Origin: Spirosoma sp.
GTDB lineage: Bacteria; Bacteroidota; Bacteroidia; Cytophagales; Spirosomataceae
Length of the DNA: 64,000 bases
Direction of reading: 5' to 3'
NCBI RefSeq assembly: GCF_048594605.1
Contig: NZ_JBMDWV010000364.1
Location: 5,916-69,915 of the forward strand
The notes under the pieces are model-generated. The model made no database searches, was not told the origin of the DNA, and saw nothing but the letters and a program-made list of their open reading frames with translations. Positions 17,580-26,923 of the stretch are shown piece after piece (position 1 is the first letter of the stretch; every line of letters starts with the position of its first letter). The translations under genes and the position numbers were made by a program.

Positions 17580-20279
17580 TCATTCGCTACGTAGCGATTT
17601 AATCGGATTCATCAACGCGGCTTTAATGCTTTGAAAACTGACTGTGAGTAACGCAATGCCAACAGCAAGCACGCCCGCCAAAGCAAACATCCACCAACTT
17701 AAGTTAATGTGATAGGCATATTCCTGCAACCATTGGCCGGTAGCCCACCAGGCAATCGGAAAAGCAAGGCAATTGGCAATCAAGACCAGCTTTAAAAAGT
17801 CCATCGAAAGCAAAAATGTCAGATTCATTACACTGGCTCCCAATACTTTCCGAACGCCAATTTCTTTGATACGTTGTTCGGCCGAATACGTGGCCAACCC
17901 AAAAAGGCCCAGGCAGGCGATGAAAACAGTAGCCAGCGCAACCCAGATTAACAGGGTTTGTCGACGTTCATCTTCGAGATAAAACAAGGCCAGTTGTTCA
18001 TCGAGAAAATGGTACTCAAAGGGCTCATCTTTATCGGCCCTGACCAAAGGTGCTTTTAACTGTTCCAGCGTAGCGGGTATGTTCCTGGCGTCAATGCGGG
18101 CCGTGTAATAATCAACGGGTTGGATCGGGTTGTAGCTATAAGCGAGCACCAGAGGTTCTATTTTAGTACGTAATGACTGAAAATGGAAATCCTTGACAAT
18201 GCCAACCACCCGGGCTGTAAACGGGCTATTTTTTTCATTAAGCGGCTGAAAACCACCACCCCACGACGCAGCAGGTATTTCAACCAGCTGGTCAGACGGT
18301 TCGGTAATGTTGAGCAGTTTGGCCGCCGTTTCGTTCAGCAATACGGCCGTTGAATCCGTCAGGTTGTTAAAATTCCGCCCTTTTACCAGGTCTACTTCGA
18401 ATGTTTTCAAAAAGTCTTTATCAGCACCGAAAAAGTAAGCGACTTTCTGATCATCGCCATTACCCTGATTGTTGATTTTAACTGTCCGATACGTTTTCCA
18501 TTCGCCTGGCACGCGGGAGGTAACCGAAATAGTTTTCACGGTAGGAATTTTACTCATTTCGGCTTTGATAGTCTCGGAACCGCTTCTTGCCTTACCCGTA
18601 TTGACATCAATAACCACGAGTAAATCTTTATTGAACCCTAAATCGGTTGTGCTCATAAATTGAACTTGCCGATACAGTACGATGGTGCCGATAATGAGAA
18701 CGGTAGCGATGGCAAACTGAAAAACCACCAGGCCTTTTCGTAAACTCAGGCTGCCTCCGGGATTAATTCTCATGCCTTTCAGCAAGGAAACGGGCTTAAA
18801 TCCCGATAGTAGAAAAGCCGGATAGCTACCGGATAATAACCCAATCAATACGGTGGCGGCTCCGACTCCGACCCAGATCCGGTAGTTAGTGCTAAAGCTC
18901 AGCGAAAGCTGTTTCCCAGTGAACTGGTTGAAGAAGGGCAACAGAATATTGACAAAAATCACCCCCAGAACAAAAGCAAGGCTGGTCACTAAAAGCGCTT
19001 CGAACAGGAACTGATAAACCAGATTACTACGTACTGCACCGATTGACTTACGGACGCCAATTTCTTTGGTGCGATTAGACGCTCGTGCGGTCGCTAAATT
19101 CATGTAATTGATGCCCGCAATGCTTAGTACAAAAATGGCTATGAAGGAAAAAATAGTAATGTAGACTGGGTTTCCCTGCGGAATGGCCTCTACATTGGCG
19201 TTACGAGCACCATCAATGATACCTTCAGAATGCAGATGCATGTCGTTCAAGGGCTGAAGACTGTAGCTGAACGTTGTGCCCGTTTCGGGTTTGGTATGGC
19301 TATGAACAATCTGATTTATCTTGGCTGCAACTGATTCCGGGTCGGCATTCGGCTTTACCAATGTGTAGACGCTGAAATTGGCTGATGTCCAGTCAGTTGA
19401 CACTGCCTGCTGATAGTAATCTGTATTCCGGAGAGAAGCTTCAGAAACGATTGAATTAAAATTGAAACTTGAATTGCCGGGATGATTTTTCAGGACGGCT
19501 GTAATCTTCAGAGGAGAATTTTCCATGTGGCTGAATTCCAGCGTTCTCCCCAAAACAGCCGTCTGCCCAAAGAGCCGCATCGCCAGATCTTCGGTAATGA
19601 TGATAGAATTCGGCTCCTGCAAGGCAATCTGCTTATCGCCGGATAGCAAAGGGAAATCGAAAATCTGTAAAAAGTTTTCGTCGGCAACGGTAACCGTTTC
19701 CTGGAAATTTACCGGGTTTTCAGGATTAATAAGATTGGCTCGTCCCGCGCGTTGAAGTCGGGTAATGTTTTCTACTTCCGGAATCATTTTCTTTGATTCC
19801 TCGGCCAGCTTGTAGCTGGCGGCAGCAACGGTGGTCTCTTCTCCTTTTTCGCTTTTGTGCTCAATGACTCGGTATATCCGGCCAGCGTTTCTGTGCTGTT
19901 GATCAAATGTGAGTTCGTCAAAAATATACAGCCAAATCAATAAAAAACAGGTGAGTCCAAAGGCTAAACCTGCTACGTTCAGCGTAGTATAAAGCTTATT
20001 TCGCAATAAGGTACGGATGGCGATGTTGAAATAATTCCGGATCATAACAGGGCTAAGGGTTGAAGAGGTTGGGTCATTATTATATTCCCGTTTTCGTCGG
20101 CGCACAAAAGGCGGCAGTACTGACACTACGTTGAGCAGATACCGCAGTGTAGCCTGCGTTTTACCGCTACGTTTTAACCAGTACGTATAGAGTTCGTCGA
20201 GGTCGCCTTCCACCTCTTCCAGTGTATCGGTGGGGTGGAGTTTGGTGAGTAGCCAGTGAGCAAAGCGCGGTGGATTCAT
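17580..20279 (-). CDS. MacB/FtsX-like duplicated ABC permease with N-terminal permease-prefix extension
   Basis: PPRFAHWLL..LEEVEGDL, MIRNYFNIAIR, INYMNLATARA..R.KEIGVRK, FEYHFLDE and EQRIKEIGVRKVLGA. Start ATG 20279. Confidence 0.93.
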   Translation of the reverse strand: MNPPRFAHWLLTKLHPTDTLEEVEGDLDELYTYWLKRSGKTQATLRYLLNVVSVLPPFVRRRKREYNNDPTSSTLSPVMIRNYFNIAIRTLLRNKLYTTLNVAGLAFGLTCFLLIWLYIFDELTFDQQHRNAGRIYRVIEHKSEKGEETTVAAASYKLAEESKKMIPEVENITRLQRAGRANLINPENPVNFQETVTVADENFLQIFDFPLLSGDKQIALQEPNSIIITEDLAMRLFGQTAVLGRTLEFSHMENSPLKITAVLKNHPGNSSFNFNSIVSEASLRNTDYYQQAVSTDWTSANFSVYTLVKPNADPESVAAKINQIVHSHTKPETGTTFSYSLQPLNDMHLHSEGIIDGARNANVEAIPQGNPVYITIFSFIAIFVLSIAGINYMNLATARASNRTKEIGVRKSIGAVRSNLVYQFLFEALLVTSLAFVLGVIFVNILLPFFNQFTGKQLSLSFSTNYRIWVGVGAATVLIGLLSGSYPAFLLSGFKPVSLLKGMRINPGGSLSLRKGLVVFQFAIATVLIIGTIVLYRQVQFMSTTDLGFNKDLLVVIDVNTGKARSGSETIKAEMSKIPTVKTISVTSRVPGEWKTYRTVKINNQGNGDDQKVAYFFGADKDFLKTFEVDLVKGRNFNNLTDSTAVLLNETAAKLLNITEPSDQLVEIPAASWGGGFQPLNEKNSPFTARVVGIVKDFHFQSLRTKIEPLVLAYSYNPIQPVDYYTARIDARNIPATLEQLKAPLVRADKDEPFEYHFLDEQLALFYLEDERRQTLLIWVALATVFIACLGLFGLATYSAEQRIKEIGVRKVLGASVMNLTFLLSMDFLKLVLIANCLAFPIAWWATGQWLQEYAYHINLSWWMFALAGVLAVGIALLTVSFQSIKAALMNPIKSLRSE

Positions 20280-20285
20280 GGGTGT

Positions 20286-20363
20286 GGGGCAGAGGGATAA
20301 GGGCATGAGACAGGGAAAAACGAGTTGGGGTGCGGTAGGCGTTTTGCCCTATGCCCTTTGCCA
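20286..20363. repeat. Heptamer-periodic G/C-rich repeat (GGGGCAG AGGGATA AGGGCAT ... TTGCCCT ATGCCCT TTGCCAT)
   Basis: 7-nt periodic units in inverted arrangement between padR and the permease. Related units occur at 23455-23514. Confidence 0.55.
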
Positions 20364-20364
20364 T

Positions 20365-20703
20365 TCATATACCACCAAGTCGAAGCGTATTAGGTGGCAT
20401 CAGTTGCCAGAGCTCCTGACGAAGCTGCTGAATTTCCTGAAGTGACCGATTTCCCAGGGCTGTAATCCGAAACAGTCGCTTGCGTCGGCCACCGCGTTCG
20501 GCGGTGGCACCACCCAGTTCAGATCGCACAAACCCTTTCTCCTCCAGGCGGATCAGCGTGTTATGAACCGTACCGAACGTAACAATTCGGCCCGTGTGCT
20601 CTTCCAGCGCCTGACTGATCGTAACGCCGTAGCCTTCTCCATCCAGAATGGCAACCATCATTAAAACCACTTCTTCAAACTCGCCTAAATACGTTCGTCG
20701 CAT
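20365..20703 (-). CDS. PadR family transcriptional regulator
   Basis: LGEFEEVVL, GYGVTI, GTVHNTLIRLEEKG and ERGGRRKRLF. Confidence 0.93.
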   Translation of the reverse strand: MRRTYLGEFEEVVLMMVAILDGEGYGVTISQALEEHTGRIVTFGTVHNTLIRLEEKGFVRSELGGATAERGGRRKRLFRITALGNRSLQEIQQLRQELWQLMPPNTLRLGGI

Positions 20704-20734
20704 GAGATCGACTGATTAGTTTACATTTTATCGT

Positions 20735-20749
20735 ACAAATCTGCGGCCA
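20735..20749 (-). promoter_or_regulatory. Sigma54-like -24/-12 promoter of padR-permease operon 1
   Basis: Minus strand TGGCCGCAGATTTGT (GG-N10-GT), mirrored at the second padR. Confidence 0.5.
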
Positions 20750-20812
20750 GATACATAATAAGGCTCAGGTGCTCAGTAAAGGGCATCTTTCTACGATACG
20801 AGAGAGTGTTCC

Positions 20813-20849
20813 TGTCCGTAAATGGACATCTCCTGTCCGGTGAGGGACA
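20813..20849. promoter_or_regulatory. Tandem TGT-N10-ACA palindromes (enhancer-like operator)
   Basis: TGTCCGTAAATGGACA (20813) and TGTCCGGTGAGGGACA (20834), 21 bp apart. Confidence 0.65.
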
Positions 20850-20970
20850 ATTTTTCGCACCCAATAATGCGTTTCCTTCTGCCGATAATGTATCAGACGT
20901 TCGTCATTCGAGCTTCCGCTTAATTCATTTTTAATCTTTTGCAGAAAAGTGTGCAACGTTTCTCCGCAAC

Positions 20971-20986
20971 TGGCGTCATTAATGCA
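20971..20986 (+). promoter_or_regulatory. Sigma54-like promoter of the outer-membrane barrel gene
   Basis: TGGCGTCATTAATGCA matches GG-N10-GC, about 55 nt before ATG 21041. Confidence 0.5.
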
Positions 20987-21040
20987 CCACATAAATCAAA
21001 ATATCTACCCAACACACGCTGGCGCTAACCAGCCAATCCT

Positions 21041-23449
21041 ATGAAATCTTTACTACTTGTTATACTGGCGTTCGCGTCGAGTACCGGCCTTTTGTTGGCT
21101 CAAAACGCCAAAATTTCTGGTCTGCTGCTCGATTCGACCGCGAACAAACCTGTCGAATTTGCAACGGTGGCGCTTCTCAAAGAAGGCAAACCGATCCACG
21201 GCGTAACGGCGGATGCCAAAGGAAGCTTTACCTTTCAAAAAGTCGATGCTGGTCATTATGCCATTCAGGTTTCGTTTGTGGGCTACACCACAAAAACAAT
21301 AGACAAAGTGAACGTAGTGGCGGGGCAGGATGTAGAAGTTGGCGTGATCAGGCTGGCGCAAACGGTTCAGAAACTAGCCGAAGTGACCGTAACGGAACAG
21401 AAGGCGCTGTTCGAAGAAAAGGCTGACCGGATGGTGTACAATGCCGAAAAAGACATTAGTATCAAAGGCGGTGACGCTACGGACGTACTGAAGAAAATCC
21501 CGTCGATAGCCGTTGACCTTGAAGGGAATGTACAGTTACGGGGTAGCGCAAACATTAAAGTGCTCATCAACAACAAACCGTCCAGCATAGTGGCACGTAG
21601 CATTTCCGATGCGTTGAAGCAAATTCCGGCCGACATCATCAAGCAGGTCGAAGTCATTACGTCGCCGTCGGCAAAATACGATGCAGAAGGTACGGCAGGG
21701 ATCATCAATATCATTACCAAGAAAAACACGTTGCAGGGCACCAACGGCTCCATCAGCCCTAATTTCGGTCAGTGGAATAACTGGCAGAATGCTACGTTGA
21801 ACCACCGAATGAAAAGCATCAGCCTGTCTGCGAATGCCGGTTATAACGACTGGAGAAACAAGCGATATATGCAACAGCTACGTTCGTTCATGACGGGCGA
21901 TACCATTACGAATCAGAATCAGACGCAGTGGGTACTGGGCAATGGGCAAAATTTTTACGGCACCTTCACTGCTGATTGGGACATTGATTCGCTGAATCGG
22001 CTTGGTGCAGGACTGAACTATTACAATGGAGACAATACCAACGGCTTTGATATCAACTTTGAAGAAAGTCGTCGGGGTATTGTCGGGCAATATTTTCGTC
22101 GGGACATGAGCCGCACCTACGACTGGTCAGGCGCTACGGTTAATCTGGATTATACGCGCCTATTCAAAAAGCCTAAAAAAGAGCTCACGCTTCTGATGCT
22201 GTATTCGTTCGAGGGCGAAGACAGCGATTACTGGTCTAATCTGCTGAATCGAAACAACTCGATTTATTATCGCGAAAAGAGCTTCAACATCAGTAATAAC
22301 AAAGAAGGCACGGTTCAACTGGATTTCACGAATCCACTGGATAGCGCGAGCACGCTCGAACTGGGCACCAAAACGATCTTTCGGCAAATCCTGAGCGATT
22401 ATCGTATAGCCAGCGCCGTTGATGGATCGACCGACTTTGTTGACAATCCGGCGCTGGCCAACGTATTTGATTATGCCCAGCAGGTTGCCGCGGCTTACGT
22501 TGTGTATAACCGCACGTCAAAGAAAAAGTGGGGCATAAACCTGGGCGCCCGGTATGAGCATACATTTATCCAGGCTAATTTTCTGAACGGTACGTCGTCT
22601 TTCAACAATACGTACGGAAACCTGATTCCGAGTATCAGTTTGTCGCGGAGTTTGCCAAAAGAACAGAAGATACGGCTGAATTATTCGCAACGGATTCAGC
22701 GTCCGCAGTTTTACTACCTGAATCCTTACGTCAATCAGGCCGATTCCAAGAATCAGTATGGCGGCAACCCTTATCTGGCCCCCGAGCTAACTCATTCTGT
22801 TGAAGCCAATTATAGCGTGTCGATCAAGCAAACGAGTATCAACGCGTCCTTCTTTCTGCGTCAGACGAACAACGCTATCGAAGGTGTCAATACGGTCGAT
22901 AATGAGGGTGTGCTGAGACAAATTTTTCAGAACGTAGCGCAAAATTCGGCGTATGGCCTGAACCTGAGCGCGAACACTAAAATCATCAAGCAATGGTCGA
23001 TAAACGGTTCGCTCAATGTGTTTTATAACATACTGGAAAGCAAGGAGCTAAAGGCACGTAACGCCGACTGGATGTACCGGATTAACCTCAACTCAACCAT
23101 CGATTTTGGCAAAGGCTACAAAGCGCAGCTTTTCGGTTTTTACAACTCGGCCCGGGTTGGTTTGCAGGGTACATATGTTGGTTTTGGTTACTACAACGTA
23201 GTGATGCAAAAGGAAATCCTCAACAAAAAAGCGACCATCGGCTTTGGCTACGACATCCCGTTCAACGAAACCATCAACTGGCGTAATGACTTTGTTGGAC
23301 CCAATTTCGTGCAGACGCAGGACGTAGCGCTGTATCGTCGGGGCTGGCGCCTGAACCTTAAATACGAATTCGGGAAAATGAACAGCAACCAACGCCAGAA
23401 AAAGCGGATCAGTAACGACGATAAGAAAGCTGGCGAGGGGAATAATTAA
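21041..23449 (+). CDS. TonB-dependent receptor / outer membrane beta-barrel protein with carboxypeptidase-regulatory-like N-domain
   Basis: Signal peptide, SFVGY, LAEVTVT, plug motifs LKKIPSIAVD and VEVITSPSAKYDAEGTAGIINIITKK, then barrel strands ending LKYEFG. Confidence 0.92.
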   Translation: MKSLLLVILAFASSTGLLLAQNAKISGLLLDSTANKPVEFATVALLKEGKPIHGVTADAKGSFTFQKVDAGHYAIQVSFVGYTTKTIDKVNVVAGQDVEVGVIRLAQTVQKLAEVTVTEQKALFEEKADRMVYNAEKDISIKGGDATDVLKKIPSIAVDLEGNVQLRGSANIKVLINNKPSSIVARSISDALKQIPADIIKQVEVITSPSAKYDAEGTAGIINIITKKNTLQGTNGSISPNFGQWNNWQNATLNHRMKSISLSANAGYNDWRNKRYMQQLRSFMTGDTITNQNQTQWVLGNGQNFYGTFTADWDIDSLNRLGAGLNYYNGDNTNGFDINFEESRRGIVGQYFRRDMSRTYDWSGATVNLDYTRLFKKPKKELTLLMLYSFEGEDSDYWSNLLNRNNSIYYREKSFNISNNKEGTVQLDFTNPLDSASTLELGTKTIFRQILSDYRIASAVDGSTDFVDNPALANVFDYAQQVAAAYVVYNRTSKKKWGINLGARYEHTFIQANFLNGTSSFNNTYGNLIPSISLSRSLPKEQKIRLNYSQRIQRPQFYYLNPYVNQADSKNQYGGNPYLAPELTHSVEANYSVSIKQTSINASFFLRQTNNAIEGVNTVDNEGVLRQIFQNVAQNSAYGLNLSANTKIIKQWSINGSLNVFYNILESKELKARNADWMYRINLNSTIDFGKGYKAQLFGFYNSARVGLQGTYVGFGYYNVVMQKEILNKKATIGFGYDIPFNETINWRNDFVGPNFVQTQDVALYRRGWRLNLKYEFGKMNSNQRQKKRISNDDKKAGEGNN

Positions 23450-23454
23450 TGGCG

Positions 23455-23514
23455 TAGGGCAAAGGGGTTTGGGCAGAGGGTAAAAAAGCCCCATGCCCAA
23501 ACCCCTTTGCCCTA
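23455..23514. terminator. 21-bp perfect inverted repeat between convergent genes
   Basis: TAGGGCAAAGGGGTTTGGGCA-18 nt-TGCCCAAACCCCTTTGCCCTA. Confidence 0.75.
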
Positions 23515-23520
23515 TGCTAT

Positions 23521-26181
23521 TTATTCACTACGTAGTGATTTTACCGGATTGACCAGCGCGGCTTTAATACTCTGAAAACTGATTGTTAGCAGCGCGATGC
23601 CGATGGCCAGCAGTCCGGATAGGGCAAAAATCCACCATTCTATATCAATTTTGTAGGCATAATCCTGCAACCAGCGGTTCATAGCAAACCAGGCAACGGG
23701 TGAGGAGATAACGATAGCGACGAACACTAGCTTAAGGAAATCCTGCGAAAGCAACGTAACGACGCTGGTTACCGATGCGCCCAGCACCTTACGAACGCCG
23801 ATCTCTTTGGTACGTTGCTCGGCCATAAAAGCTGCCAGCCCGAACAAGCCCAGACAGGAAATGAAAATGGCCAGAAACGCGAAGTAATTAGCTAGCGTCC
23901 CTACAATCGTTTCGCTACGGTATAATTGCTGAAAGGCTTCATCCGCGAATCGGTAGCGAAATGGGAACTTCGGATTCATCTGCCGCGTCAGCGTTTCCAT
24001 GCTTGCCAGTGCCTGTTTGGCCTGGCCCGGCTGGATACGAACGATAATACTTTTTCCTTTGCCTAGTTTGGCAATGAACGGTTCGATGGGCGTGTGCATG
24101 GAGCTTTGATGGTAATCGGAAATGACACCAACAATCGTTCCGGGTTTACCCCACATGGTTAATGGCTTACCGATGGGATCGCGGTAGCCGATACGTCGGG
24201 CAGCGGTTTCGTTAATGAGGAAATTGGCAGAATCGGCCCCAAACGCTTTCGAGAAATCGCGTCCGGTCACCTTTACTTTCAACGTCTTTGTAAAATCGTA
24301 GTCAACCGTTGAGAACTGAAACCAGATGCTCGCCATCGGATCTTTACCCGGCCACTGCACATTGCCCGTACTACCGAATCCATTAGTAGGGGTTCCATCC
24401 ATTTTGGTTACGGACTGAATACCAGGCATACGCAGCAACTCCTGCTTGAAGAGATCATACTTCTCGATCAGTTCGCCTTCGGAAGACAGATACACCATGC
24501 CATCCCGATCGAAACCCAGGTTTTTGGTCTGAATAAAATCGATTTGTCGATAAACGATAATCGTGCCGATAATCAGCAGCATCGACAAGGCAAACTGAAA
24601 AACCACCAGCCCCTGCCGGAAAAGACGAGCCCCCGAACCAAACCGAACACTCCCTTTCAGAACCCGAATCGGATTGAGCGACGACAGGAAAAGTGCCGGA
24701 TAACTGCCCGCAATCAGGCCCGTAGTGAGCGTCATTCCGAGTAGTATTCCCCAGAACGTAGCGTCGGTAAAGCGGAACGTAATCTGTTTGTCGGTCAGGC
24801 TATTAAACGTCGGTAACAACAACCACACAACCCCAACGGCTATCAACAGTGCTAGCGCCGTCAGCACCAGCGCTTCACCGATAAACTGACCAATCAGCCA
24901 GCTACGTCCAGCCCCAACCACTTTTCGAACGCCCACTTCGCGGGCTCGTTTGACGGAACGGGCCGTAGCCAGATTCATAAAGTTGATGCAGGCAATCAGC
25001 AGAATAAACACCGCCACGATGCCAAACAGCCGGACATATTCAATACGTCCGCCGTCCTGATATCCATTCTTGAAATTAGAATACAGGTACGCATCCTGGT
25101 ATGGTTGCAGGAAAAGCTGAACGTCCAGCCCGTGCTTTGCCATGCCTGGATTTTTGATTTTCAGAAACGACTTCATCTTGGCTTCCAGACGACCGGGGTT
25201 GGCCATTACGCCGTTGCGGTCGGTCTGAAGCATAATGCGGGTTTCGGCGGCATTTGTGCCCCATTCCTTGAGCCATTCGTTACGTCTCAGTATATCCGGC
25301 CAACTGAGCAGATAATCGTAAGTTTCTGAGCTGTTCTGCGGTATATTTTCAAAAACTGCACTGACCTGATAAACGTCTTTACCATCAATCTGGATGCTTT
25401 GCCCCATAGCGGCCTCCGGGCTGCCAAAATAATTTTCGGCCAGTTTTTGGGAAATGGCAATATTCGTTGGCGCACTCAGCGCCGTTTCGGCAGTACCCGC
25501 CAGCAAGGGAAAGCTAAACATCTTAAACCAGTCGGCTCCGGCGGATCTTCCTTTCTCTTTGTTTAATTTATCGCCTACCAAAAATGTTCGTTCCTCTTCC
25601 CACGAAAGGTTGGCCGCGTAGACAATCTCGGGAAATTCTTTTTTCAGTTCATCGGCCAGTAAGGCAGGAGTTCCGGAACCGGCATCGACCTTGCCGTCGT
25701 AAAACTGACGCTCCATTACGTTGTAAAGCTGTGGTCCGTTGGCATGATAGGCATCTACCCTGAATTCATCCTGAATCCAAAGGCCGATGAGCAGACTGCA
25801 GGCCATTCCCAGCGCAAGTCCGAGAATATTAATTGTTGAAAAGGATTTGTTGTGCGCGATGTTGCGCCAGGCAATTTTAAAATAGTTACGTAACATGTCT
25901 GGATTGAGTAAGAATGTGGTCCGGCATTCCGGAGAGGGATATTCCGAGTTGTAGCGGTTGCCGCTACGTCGAAGCGGCTTGAGAAAGTACGGGCGGAGGT
26001 AATGCAAAACGGCCCAGCCATACTCCCGACGCGCTTTGGACAGGCCAACTTCATCAATACGCTTATAAAAAACTTCATGTAAATCTCCCTGCACATCTTC
26101 CAGCAGACGGGGACTCAGACAAGTTTCCAGGAGCCAGTCGGCCCAGCGGGGAGGATCAGGAGTTCGAGGAGTGGTTTTCAT
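23521..26181 (-). CDS. MacB/FtsX-like duplicated ABC permease with permease-prefix extension (paralog 2)
   Basis: PPRWADWLL..LEDVQGDL, MLRNYFKIAWR, INFMNLATARS..RAREVGVRK, EQRTKEIGVRKVLGA, and C-terminal NPVKSLRSE. Confidence 0.94.
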   Translation of the reverse strand: MKTTPRTPDPPRWADWLLETCLSPRLLEDVQGDLHEVFYKRIDEVGLSKARREYGWAVLHYLRPYFLKPLRRSGNRYNSEYPSPECRTTFLLNPDMLRNYFKIAWRNIAHNKSFSTINILGLALGMACSLLIGLWIQDEFRVDAYHANGPQLYNVMERQFYDGKVDAGSGTPALLADELKKEFPEIVYAANLSWEEERTFLVGDKLNKEKGRSAGADWFKMFSFPLLAGTAETALSAPTNIAISQKLAENYFGSPEAAMGQSIQIDGKDVYQVSAVFENIPQNSSETYDYLLSWPDILRRNEWLKEWGTNAAETRIMLQTDRNGVMANPGRLEAKMKSFLKIKNPGMAKHGLDVQLFLQPYQDAYLYSNFKNGYQDGGRIEYVRLFGIVAVFILLIACINFMNLATARSVKRAREVGVRKVVGAGRSWLIGQFIGEALVLTALALLIAVGVVWLLLPTFNSLTDKQITFRFTDATFWGILLGMTLTTGLIAGSYPALFLSSLNPIRVLKGSVRFGSGARLFRQGLVVFQFALSMLLIIGTIIVYRQIDFIQTKNLGFDRDGMVYLSSEGELIEKYDLFKQELLRMPGIQSVTKMDGTPTNGFGSTGNVQWPGKDPMASIWFQFSTVDYDFTKTLKVKVTGRDFSKAFGADSANFLINETAARRIGYRDPIGKPLTMWGKPGTIVGVISDYHQSSMHTPIEPFIAKLGKGKSIIVRIQPGQAKQALASMETLTRQMNPKFPFRYRFADEAFQQLYRSETIVGTLANYFAFLAIFISCLGLFGLAAFMAEQRTKEIGVRKVLGASVTSVVTLLSQDFLKLVFVAIVISSPVAWFAMNRWLQDYAYKIDIEWWIFALSGLLAIGIALLTISFQSIKAALVNPVKSLRSE

Positions 26182-26193
26182 ACGTAGTACTGT

Positions 26194-26532
26194 TTAAAAA
26201 CCCATCAGTTGAAATTTGCCCGGCGGAATAGCCTGCCAAAGACGACTACGTACTTCCTGAATGTCGTTCAACGCCCGGACGCCCAAAGCCGTCAGCGTAA
26301 AAAATCGTTTGCGACGGCCACCTCGTTCGGCAGTAGCGCCCCCCATCGTTGACGTTAGAAATCCTTTCTCTTCGAGCCGGTATAACGTAGCGTGAACAGC
26401 GCTCATCGTAATCGAACGTCCGGTTTGCTGCTGAACGTCTTCCCAGATTGTAACGCCATACGCTTCGGCTGGACAGGCCGCTACAACCAACAAAACAATT
26501 TCCTCAAACTCGCCTAAAAAGGACCTGCGCAT
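26194..26532 (-). CDS. PadR family transcriptional regulator (paralog 2)
   Basis: LGEFEEIVL, AYGVTI, AVHATLYRLEEKG and ERGGRRKRFF. Confidence 0.93.
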   Translation of the reverse strand: MRRSFLGEFEEIVLLVVAACPAEAYGVTIWEDVQQQTGRSITMSAVHATLYRLEEKGFLTSTMGGATAERGGRRKRFFTLTALGVRALNDIQEVRSRLWQAIPPGKFQLMGF

Positions 26533-26573
26533 AGTATTTAATCGCTAGGAATGATTAGTTGTAATTATGCAAA

Positions 26574-26588
26574 ACAAATCTCCTGCCA
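26574..26588 (-). promoter_or_regulatory. Sigma54-like promoter of padR-permease operon 2
   Basis: Minus strand TGGCAGGAGATTTGT (GG-N10-GT). Confidence 0.5.
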
Positions 26589-26641
26589 AAACTATAAAAC
26601 AGCTTTAGCCATGATTAGAAGCTTTTTCGGCAATTACTACT

Positions 26642-26678
26642 TGTCCGAAATCGTACAGTATCTGTCCACTACTGAACA
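26642..26678. promoter_or_regulatory. Tandem TGT-N10-ACA palindromes (enhancer-like operator)
   Basis: TGTCCGAAATCGTACA (26642) and TGTCCACTACTGAACA (26663), 21 bp apart. Confidence 0.6.
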
Positions 26679-26923
26679 GGATTTGTACTACGTCAGATAG
26701 GGTGATGGTAACGTAGCGGTGATGACCTGAAGCGGTTCTGGGGACATCTGTATAGTAAAGCTAAGCACAGCGCAAGCGTCGGCGGATAAGCCTGTTACGT
26801 TAAAAGAATCAGTTTAAGCATTGTTTCTATCAACTGATGACAAGTATCCTTTCGCAACGGCCAAGGGTAAACCAACTTTGTTGCATTCATCGTTAACACC
26901 CCTTTCCGCTTTTTATCAACACC

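Noticed and set aside
20765-20992. 75-aa minus-strand ORF
   Set aside because: It covers the operator and promoter elements of the divergent region and has no coding features.
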